Assembly (NCBI RefSeq): GCF_001949145.1
Contig: NW_019091355.1
Location: 1,945,107 to 2,009,106, forward strand
Length of the DNA: 64,000 nt
DNA from: Acanthaster planci
Taxonomy: Eukaryota
Direction of reading: 5' to 3'
Both the position numbers and the translations under genes were made by a program. The notes under the pieces are model-generated. The model searched no databases, was not told the DNA's origin, and saw only the letters and a list, made by a program, of their open reading frames with translations. Shown here one piece after another: positions 50,579-60,881 of the stretch; position 1 is the first letter of the stretch; each line of letters opens with the position of its first letter.

Positions 50579-53500
50579 TCAGGTACGCAGGGGTTCTGCT
50601 GCTGGAGCTCCTCCGTCCCATTCATCTCTCTCCTTTTCGATTTGGCTGATGAACAGGAAAGTCATGAAAATTCCAAGAATCTGTGACAATAAAAGAGGAA
50701 AGAGCTGGTCACATTGAAGCTTCACACTTGCATTGAAGGTGAAACGTCCATGTTGGAGGGAAAAGGTTACCACTTCTCAAACATTATAGCGAAAAAGAAC
50801 ATTGCACATTGCGGATTCCATGCATCTTTGACAGTTTGTGGTTTTTCTGGCAACGGAATATGCATCATGGCAAATCAGAACTGTTTGTGAAAATTATAAA
50901 CATTGCTGACGTCAAGCAAACTTGCCAAACCTGTGTTTTGCTTTGCAAAGCACGTATTCATTCTGTTAGCTTCATTAACCAATCATACCCAAAGCCTTCT
51001 AATGTTTTTCCAGATGAGCTCTCAAAAGCAAACTGTTGAATTTAACGCCACATAGCATTATACAGTTTTTGACACACTATTGGTGTCTTTTCTCCGACTT
51101 CTGCAAACTGCTTAGTCTGATGTCCTCTAGTTGTCATGGAAACGTTCATGTATTGAATGTTTGAACTTTTCGGATTGAGGAATACATGAACTGGTTGTTC
51201 TCGTACATCTCTGAAAGGGGGCCATTATTTTCACAAAATAGTTGTTGATAGAAAAAGACAACCAAATAAAACATCAATCAATTAATAAAGTAACTCATTA
51301 ATGGTTATGGCATATTGATGGTAATCTACAAGAAGGTTATTGTCTTATCCAATGTACCATCTGCTAGAAGGATTAGGCTAAGGGTAAACACTAAAATTAA
51401 TGCAAGACATTTCACAGAATATGAAATACAGAATCACAAAATAGACTTCCTTGAGACTTCTGAAAACAAATCACAACATAACACAACAGTTACTCTAGCC
51501 TTGGATATCAGAAGTAAATATTTTATTCAACAAATTATATATAAGCAACGGGACTGAGTGCTTACATACCAATATTAACCCTAACCCTCCTGAATCCTTC
51601 ACCTGCTGGAGGACTGAGGAGCGTTAGGGTTAATGATAAAGATGAACAAAGGAACTGACTGGCATTCCAGCGGCTCAAACCCCATTCAAGTCAAAGTCTT
51701 TGTTTGTCTTTCAGTTAATATTTACACATTGTAGTCGTGTGAAATTTTCATACAAATTAGAGATTAAACACTAAGGTGATTACATACATGTACATATATA
51801 TATGTATATACAGATGTGAGAAAACAGAATTAGTTAAGGACGGGGGACTATGTCAGTCTCAACCTTATTTCAGTCAGCAAGACTTTTTTCACCCAGTTAA
51901 ATGAACTGTGCACTAAATGGAACACCAATACTACACACTCGACCAGCCAACCGCTATGGGTCAAACTTACGCAGGTCATCAGGGGTTAAAGGTTATTGTT
52001 CAGCAACCTTGTACATGACCATCTCATCCCTGATTCGGTCTATGAACAGAAAGACTAAACCGATACCAAAAATCTGCCGTGGGATGAGAAGCAGAAAGAC
52101 CATGGGGAGAAAAAAGGAAATTAGGTACAAATCGAAAAATAAAGTTGAGAGGATTTTTCGAGAAAAATACAGAAAGGTGCGAATGGTTGGGAAGAAAAAA
52201 ATTAGCTGGAAAAGCGGGGAAAAAAAATAAGCAGAAAATGACTAGATGCTACTGTCTTGTACATTTTATTCTTCTGTAATCATATGCAGAGGCAAGATGC
52301 TACATATTGATACGCTGATTTAGCATCAAAGTTAGGGAATCAAAAGTTTTGCAGAAGAGCAAAAACCACTGCTCCATACAGTAATTCTGTCAGAAATAAA
52401 CGTCACAAAAATGGATAGTGATGAGAGAATACAACGTATTGCCTTAAATAAACACAACGTTGAAGACGTGAACCACAGAATTACACTGTACGTATGACAT
52501 GACCACCTTGATGATGGCAACGTAATTTTAGCGCAAAAGACACATGCCTTGACAACTCACCTGCGTAACAGCGAAGGCCAAAGCGACCCCGCCCATCAGA
52601 CCCAAGTTATCCTCAGCCCACGTCAGGACAGCATCCGTGCAGCCAGTGACATAGATGGTGTCTGCTATTTCATAGGGGTGTTGAATACCCTTCCGAACGC
52701 CATTACCACACTGAGTGTTGATCACAACATCCGTCTAACAAGCAACCACAAAAAAAAAAAAAATCAGTCTTGTACACATTCAGGGGAAAACGAAGAACGC
52801 CCCGTATTTATTGCCTCAAACAATCAGAAAACTCAAACCACTTTGATCTGTCACTATTAACATCAATGACAATCAAACCAAAGAATGTGCATGTACTCCC
52901 AGAACAAGGACAAAAATCAAACTTCAGTCGTGAGAGGAATCACTGGGCAAAAGGAGTATCCGCCCCGAGCTAAGTGTACCATCAATCGGCAAAAGAAAGA
53001 CAGGTGGTTACAAGCGGGTTCTTGCACGCGGTCTACGTGTAAGCAAAGACCATACATGCCGGGGTAAACTAGTTACGCAAACTCAGCATGCTCCGCGTCA
53101 AACGCGCTATACCTGCGCGTCCCATGGGGTGCCCCTGCGGTGAGTACCAATAAACCACGCCTTCTTTTGTTCCGCTCGGAGCAGATTGTTTGGTGAATGG
53201 ATGTGAACCACTTTTTACAATACAAAGAAAGGTCTCTCAGTGATGGGGGAGATACGTGTATAAGAAGTTTGGCTCAAGATACTAGATGGATGTGTGACCG
53301 TCATCCCCTATCATCTTTCCTTTTATTTCCCTATTTTTGGTTGATCAATAGGCCGACTTTAACTCCCTAGTCAATTCTCCCAAAGAGCTGCCAGTGCAAT
53401 GAAATACTCTTCAAACACACTACATGTGGATCGTTAGTTTTACTGCCATGGTATGTGCATGCAGCTACATCCGGATTACTTGACAATGGCTAACAAAAAC

Positions 53501-56500
53501 ACATGTCCTTATGGAAGCTGCAGGCTGACAGCTTCATCCATTTTCCCCACAGGCTCGCGCCCTATTTCCTCCTACCCCCCCCCCCCCCCCGAGTCAGTGT
53601 AAGTCCTAGCAATACTCATGCTGGGGCACTTCTGATTACCTTGGCAGATTTGCAGCACGAGAAGGGAACTCCGCACGCCGTCACGCCGGGGCTGTCGCAG
53701 CTGAAGTAGATGTTGTTCTCCCAGTCTTGGAAATCAAAACCTCCGCAGCAATCGAACTGTCAAGGAAGTGAAAAGTTCACTCATCTGATGGAAGTTTCAA
53801 TTGACTTACTGCACAGACCGTCACTGCACTGACGTATATTTAGAACTGGCATAAAATTCCAGACAAAAACACCCATGGTATTCAACTTCAAAAGTAAAAC
53901 TAGCTTGACAAGTGCACTACTTTTATGAATGGTATTTCATTCATTTACCCTACCCATGCCAGGCACAGCATAGTGCAACATGCGAAAAAATCTGGTGCAC
54001 TTTGTAACACCGGCCAAGCAACAGCAGCAGAATAAACTGGCCATGTTGAGACAATGGGATCTTGTCTGTTGGATCTTGTGACGACTGGCAACCACAGACT
54101 CCCAGGCTGTTAGGCCTTGGGGAAAGTTGACCTGTTGGATCTTGTCACACTGGCAGGCAAGCCACTTTGACAAATGATGCAAACTGATGTGTCTGGCAGG
54201 GTTTCCAGCCAAAGTACCCTGAGGGGTTAGGGTTGATATCTGAGGGAATGGTGGGTAGTTAGCAGCTAATAGGCTACAGCAAAGCTACAATGCGGATACA
54301 ACAGGTGGATTCATAAGCTCACATTCTGCTGGATAGAGTCTATGGTGAACTGGATGTCAGGATCATTGTAGTAGTCCTCAATGGTATTCCGGAAGGTTTT
54401 GCTCACAAAACTCTTCGCCTGAAAAAACAAGTTGAAAGAAACTTACACAAAGTCCCAAAGTGACAAATTTCAAAACACGCAAACCCGTTTCTTATCTTTT
54501 CCTTTTAACCCCCCCCCCGGTATACAGGCAGGTTTGATATGCATGTAGAGGATATCAAAATATCAACTAAAGAATGTTCTACGACAGAGCCAAAGTTCAG
54601 TACCTGACCCCTGAAGATTAGAGCAGTGATCCCACAGATGAGCAGCAACAGGAAGATGATGGTGTGGGTCCATCCAAACTGGGAGAAAGATTTGGAAATC
54701 AGACAAATGACGAGTTAATCACAGAACTGAAATACTGGCCGGATGTCCTCAGCTGGCTAATATCACTGGTGACTTGTCAATCGTTGCTCTCAAAGCCCTG
54801 GGAACAACTCAACGGCTCTCTTGGCAAGAGCCACAGAATTCTGATATAAATATTGTGCTAAAACATTTACATGAGAGCTTTAATGGTGATCTCTTTTACC
54901 CACAGCTCTATTTATAGAATCCAAGCTGGCCTTGCCTATGGTTGGATCATGGTATATCATGTACAAGTTCAACAACACTTGAGGTTATTGCATATATGAC
55001 TGCTGAATATTCATATCATGACTAGCAAAGGCTTTGATACCATATGTCTCTCTCCGAATCTGGTATGGGTACAGATATTCAATTTTTAGGCTGTTTTAAA
55101 TACATGTACTCTGGCAGCTATTAGACCACTAGAGCTAATCAAGTCGCGACTTACACAGACCTGCCAACCTTGCCGCACTCCTTCCTGAGGTCAGGTCAGG
55201 CATTACCCCACAATAGATTAAAAGGTATTTAAATCAGCCTTCGGTTCATTTACAATTTTAATCTATTGTGGGGTAATGCCTGACCTCAGGAAGGAGTACG
55301 GCAAGGTTAGCAGGTCTGCTTACAATCTTGAGCAGTATGATGTTCTCTCGGAGGGCCCCGATGCAGCCCACAGAGCCCAAGATAAACATGAAGACGCCCA
55401 CCACCACCATGATGCTGGAGGGAGTGACAAAAACGTCCACCATGGACTGGTAGTTCCATTTCGCAATCTCTGCGTAGATGCCGATGCTAAGAATGATAAC
55501 TCCAATCAGCTGGAGGAGAAAAGGAAGGAGAAAATTCAGAGCTGATGTCAGAGGGTTTTTTTTATTTTTTTTTTTAAATTGAAAACAGCATTGCCTTTTT
55601 CTGTAATCAGTAAAATTTTTTAGAAAACAAAATGAGGAACTTTACATTTGAAGCTACATGTATTGTGAGTATAAAAGCTGACGTCCCAGTACCTTACCAG
55701 TTAACTCGGCTTCATTTGTGCAGCCAACCTCAGTTGCATAAATGTAAATAACTGTACTGTCTATGAACCCTTTAAGATCGTTTATAATCCAACTGCAAGA
55801 TGTTGCAGGATTTTAAATGCCCAAAAAGTATGTACTCAAAAGATGTAGCATATAACTCTTTGCACAATGCAACCTTCAAACATGTACAGGTATTTGACAT
55901 CTTCATGTTCACATACATGCACATGTACACAGTTACATGTATCTCTAATCTAACAGTCAATCTCATCATCTGTACAATGTGTGAAGGGAGGACTTTAATG
56001 CAGAAAAGCCTGCATGTACATGTATGTACTTGTATTGATGAGATTGGTGAGTTATGTAACAGCAATTGCCACATTAACAATAAAGCTTAGCAAATTCCTT
56101 CTGTAATCTTATTATACATGTGTAATAAGATTGAATGTATTTTGATGTACCACTTTGCTATTCAACCTTAGGGTTACAAGTATGTGGCAATAAACCAGTA
56201 CTAATAACAATAATGTACATGCATTTTCCATTACTCACTATCGCAAAACATGGATTACCCAAAACACTGCACCGAATACATGTTGTGACCTCATACCAAA
56301 ACCACGATCCATGCAAGATGTTGCTAACAGTGTATGCACCTTCACCTGTGAATGCATACATAAATCAATACACCTGCACACATCTCCATTTATTTGATTG
56401 GATCAATGGGCACATCATGGCGCCAAGCCCTAGAGGTCATCAGCAGTTAGCTAGAATGAAATCACGCTGTGCAGGGCGCAGCATAGTTGCAGTAATCAAT

Positions 56501-59500
56501 TGACATTGGAGCAACCACACTCCAGCAGTGCATTCAATCTAGAAATATACAACAAACCGGTACTAAGTACATGTACCTCTTTGCTCTATGAACATGTAAC
56601 GGATGTCATCAATGTTATGATAATAAACATACTACTGTAAATGTACACTGTATGTACATGTACACGCAGACCTATACACTTGAACATGTATTCAGTCATC
56701 CATGTGAGTTTTCTGTCATGCTCAATCCCTGACCTTCCCCAACCACACAGAATTAAACAGTAGTTACATGTAAGTGTATAATTCTGTGGGGATAGATTTG
56801 GTAGGCCCAGATAGCTGGCTTTTTTGCATTGGGTTTGGCATACCTCAGAAAAACAGCCTCTGTGCACCAAGTCCCATATGAGTGTTTAACTTTGTGTGAA
56901 TGGAGAAGGTTAGGGCCAGCAACCCTTGGGGGGTTTGGGCTATTGTCATTATTTACATGTAAGTTGTCAAATTTTTTGTCAAGTGTACATGTACATAGTC
57001 GTGTATTGGGTGTACCACTTCGCTAACTAAAAAAACATGCATGTTGGAAAGACATTTCTTTCAAGGTAAACATACAATTTTGTACTATATTTTTCTTTAA
57101 AGGTGAACATACACAGTCCACTCATGAATTTAGCACTAAAAATGCCCAAATTTGCAAGATTACGACAATTCGTAAAAGTTCTTGCACTAATTCAAATTCC
57201 CTACAATGTACCAACAAGTTACCATCAAATTTCTTGAGGGGAAGTATGTTCAACCTGTCAGGGCCTCATAGGATATGACTCAGTGTTGTGGCGTGCCTTC
57301 CAGACACAACTATACACATACCCCATGTACACAGTTACACCGCATCCAGTGGATTACGAGTACTTTTTTTTCAACCGGAAAGTTTAGTTACAATTCGACT
57401 GGATTCCATTTTTATCTTCACAGTCATACCAGTGTTTTTCATATCTTCAACAATCGATTTACCTGAATATATCTACCATATGAATCATTGTAATGTATAC
57501 CCACAATACAAAGTTATTACATTTTATAATGCTACTTGTAAACCTGTTTCATAGATTAGAGGCGTCCAACCTAAGTTTTGGGTAATAGGCTTCCTGGCCT
57601 TTTTATAACATAAAACACTGTACACTAATTACTTTAAATATCGACCTAAGGTGCAAAGGCACATGTGCATGTACGTTGTGCAACATTTAGACACAATATG
57701 CAGACACATCCGCTTGAAATGTAGTGCCTTAATTTTAGGTGAAAATTCTACTTGTAGTGCTACATGTACATATATAGTCTAACGGCAGATGCACTCTAAT
57801 ATAATGTCAACAATGGGTACACTTGCCAGCACAATGCTTTGAGTAAATAGTTTTTATAACCTAATGTACATCCAATAACACAGGAACCTTTCAATGAGTT
57901 CAGTTTTGTTTATCTATCAAACAATGCCTGTCTAGTTGTCTGTATGGGTAGGATGGAAGGAATTGCATGGAACAAGGGGGTTGGTGTTCTGTTCTAAACT
58001 TCAGGTACTTGTACTGGTAACTGTGCGTTGGGGACTTGAGAGGGGTGTGTCTTTACTGTACAGGGAGGAAGGAAAAGNNNNNNNNNNNNNNNNNNNNNNN
58101 NNNNNNNNNNNNNNNNNNNNNNNNNNNNNNNNNNNNNNNNNNNNNNNNNNNNNNNNNNNNNNNNNNNNNNNNNNNNNNNNNNNNNNNNNNNNNNNNNNNN
58201 NNNNNNNNNNNNNNNNNNNNNNNNNNNNNNNNNNNNNNNNNNNNNNNNNNNNNNNNNNNNNNNNNNNNNNNNNNNNNNNNNNNNNNNNNNNNNNNNNNNN
58301 NNNNNNNNNNNNNNNNNNNNNNNNNNNNNNNNNNNNNNNNNNNNNNNNNNNNNNNNNNNNNNNNNNNNNNNNNNNNNNNNNNNNNNNNNNNNNNNNNNNN
58401 NNNNNNNNNNNNNNNNNNNNNNNNNNNNNNNNNNNNNNNNNNNNNNNNNNNNNNNNNNNNNNNNNNNNNNNNNNNNNNNNNNNNNNNNNNNNNNNNNNNN
58501 NNNNNNNNNNNNNNNNNNNNNNNNNNNNNNNNNNNNNNNNNNNNNNNNNNNNNNNNNNNNNNNNNNNNNNNNNNNNNNNNNNNNNNNNNNNNNNNNNNNN
58601 NNNNNNNNNNNNNNNNNNNNNNNNNNNNNNNNNNNNNNNNNNNNNNNNNNNNNNNNNNNNNNNNNNNNNNACTGTATATCTTCCTAAACCAAATGACAGA
58701 CTTCGAATGACCTTTGAAGCTGAAGGTGAACAAGGATAAGTTTAGACCCTGTTAGTTAGCCTTATTTCTCAGGATTCAAAAAAAGTGAAAATTACTAAAT
58801 AAACACTAATATCGCAATCTTTCATAACCTGGTGTTTTTAAAAAACAAATGACATGTGACAGAAATCCACTGTTAAATATCTTTCAAAACTGTGAGTGAT
58901 GGTACTGTTACTCTCCACTTGTGAATCACATTTTGTTTTTTAAACTGCAGCAATATGATATCAGAGAAACTGTTTCACTGTGTGGATGTACATATGCCAC
59001 TGAAGTCAACGGAAAAAGGCAAAAGAAGCCTTTGTATGAAATGACTGTGCAACTAACATTGCCAAACCTTCACAAGCTATTGTATACTATAAACACATTG
59101 TAAACACACAATGTGACGATATTGTAAAAAAAAAAGAAAGAGCTTCATTCCTCTTGAACAAAATGTGCATGATGATTTGATCTGACAATTCAGACATACA
59201 TGTATTGGCAAACATATCTGACTATTGGAAATGAGAAAACAATGTCTTTTCTCTGTCAAGCCAGTTAGAAGTCAGGCCTTTGGGGTGTTGGTCACTTCTT
59301 CAAATCTTAAATCTCAAAATTATGAATGGCAAAGGTACATGTACCTGCTTGAGAAAATACAAATAAATATTTCTTTGATATACTATTAATGTCCATACGT
59401 GTACATATACCGGTACATGTAACCTATGTACAATGTAATTGCAACGTGTGCAAGGATACATGTCAAAACTGATCTCATACACACCGATACTATAAAAACT

Positions 59501-60444
59501 TACAAACACAATGACGGTTTTTAATCTGGTGAGCTCCTTTTTTAAGGGGAGGAGATGGCACTGTTTTTCAAGGATGACAGATTTTTTCGAGATGAAAAAT
59601 TTAACGCTGAAAATAAAAATGAAACAAAATAGTGTACCTGGAAAAACAGAGGTGGGTGGACAGACAAAACCATCTGCTGTGACATTGCCAAACTGATAAA
59701 TGAACAGTGATGAACACAAAATGATTTGATAGGCCTAGGCCGAATCTGGGTCATCTCATACCCGGGACAACTAGTACCCAGGTCAACTCGTACCCTAGTC
59801 AACTCATACCCAAGTCAACTCTTGATGCAGGGCCATCATAAGTAAAGTTCACTGTACACGTATGTACTGCACTAGTGTACAGTTAAGTTATAGCACGTGC
59901 TGAGCGCCGGAGAGGCACTGGTGTGGCACAACTTCTTATCCATTTTTCGTTGTGTTTGGTTTTTCACCACGATTTCTTTCTTGCATGCATTCCGTGCGCT
60001 ATCAATGTCATGCCATATTACATGTAACAGCGAACATCCGAACCGACCAGTTTGGTTTGGTTCGGTTTGAAAGTGCAATGTTCGATGATTTTTGGTTCGG
60101 TTGGGCAGTTCGGCTGCAGCCCTATCCTAAGTTAAAACGTACGGAGTATGAGTTGTCCTGGGTACCATTGGTCCTGGGTACACTTTCACGTGGGAATGAC
60201 CTGAGTACGAGTTGACTTGGGCGGGAGTTTGGGGGTACGAGTTGACCTGATTCTGCCTAGGCCTACTCATGATCACTTGGCATGCTCGGGTCAACAGTCG
60301 ATCAACTCAGTCATCAGAAACCTACATGTACAATGTACATTGTAAGGATGGTCAAAGCATTTTTCTTACCCAATAAAAGAACATGTAGAAAAACAAGGCG
60401 ACTCGCAGGAACCTGTGACCGCAACTTGGCTGTGGCAGACCCAT
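50579..60444 (-). CDS. TSPAN15: TspanC8 tetraspanin, TSPAN15-like (274 aa with distal last exon; 267 aa with the 52073-51993 exon)
   Basis: Exons 60444-60370, 55509-55324, 54678-54604, 54418-54323, 53756-53640, 52734-52561, then 52073-51993 or 50680-50579; all phase 0. Four TMs; GCIGALRENI; large loop with 8 Cys (CCG, SC, ACGVPFSCC, NTQCG, GC). WLIG..LSIGIYAE and IYVTGCTDAVLTW resemble recalled TSPAN15. Confidence 0.92.
51579..51629. mobile_element. 51-bp TTAA-flanked foldback (piggyBac-like mini element)
   Basis: TTAA|CCCTAACCCTCCT...AGGAGCGTTAGGG|TTAA. Confidence 0.55.
51993..52073 (-). CDS. Alternative tetraspanin exon encoding TM4 end and tail (IFGIGLVFLFIDRIRDEMVMYKVAEQ*)
   Basis: Long pyrimidine tract plus CAG acceptor, phase 0, similarity to the distal exon, GTAAGT donor at 51970. 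Confidence 0.8.
   Translation of the reverse strand: MFGIGLVFLFIDRIRDEMVMYKVAEQ
52958..53186. mobile_element. MITE family B
   Basis: TIR ATCCGCCCCGAGC / GCTCGGAGCAGAT; homologous to 41786-42015. Confidence 0.8.
55156..55318. mobile_element. Foldback MITE with 6-bp target duplication at a splice donor
   Basis: Arms CAGACCTGCCAACCTTGCCG...CACAATAGATTAAA and its reverse complement; CTTACA duplicated at 55150-55155 and 55319-55324. Confidence 0.85.
58078..58670. other. Assembly gap
   Basis: Run of N. Confidence 0.99.
59742..60254. mobile_element. MITE with GTCAACTCGTACC subterminal repeats; possible nested fragment
   Basis: Inverted arrays of GTCAACTC(G/A)TACC and GTACGAGTTGAC; GCCTAGGCC on both flanks (9 bp, one-base boundary ambiguity); internal GGTTCGG repeats ending GCTGCAGCCCTA. 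Confidence 0.7.
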
Positions 60445-60823
60445 GTTGTCCTGTTTGAGGATTTCACCTTAGGATTTCACGGGAGTTTTGGAAGGCCTGG
60501 CCCTGCTGTCAAGTCAACCTCGGCCAAACATACCCAGCCAGCGCACAATGTACGGTACCGATCAGATGGTGCACGTGACCTTGCAAGTTGCACTTCTTGT
60601 AGAAGCTAGAATTGTTGCGAAGCTGCCCGTTCCTTTATTTACCACCGAAGCACCACACACAGTGAAACTGAAAGTACAATGTAGGTTTAAAAGCAGTCAA
60701 TTACTTTCACATAATTTCACCGACAAAGACAACATCGAGTTGAATCTTACACCGCTGTAGACAGTGCACGTAACAGATACCAGTAAGCAGATCCGATGGT
60801 TAAGTTGAAGGTTGACATTTCAG

Positions 60824-60881
60824 AGACGCACGTACTCGTTACGTACGTGCTCGAGCACGTACGTAACGAGTACGTGCGTCT
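60824..60881. repeat. Perfect 58-bp palindrome without spacer
   Basis: AGACGCACGTACTCGTTACGTACGTGCTC|GAGCACGTACGTAACGAGTACGTGCGTCT. Confidence 0.97.

Noticed and set aside
6918..60444. Operon-like secretory-pathway cluster, since all six genes share a strand
   Set aside because: Genes have their own intergenic spacers and most show separate poly(A) signals; functions are unrelated and there is no evidence of co-transcription.
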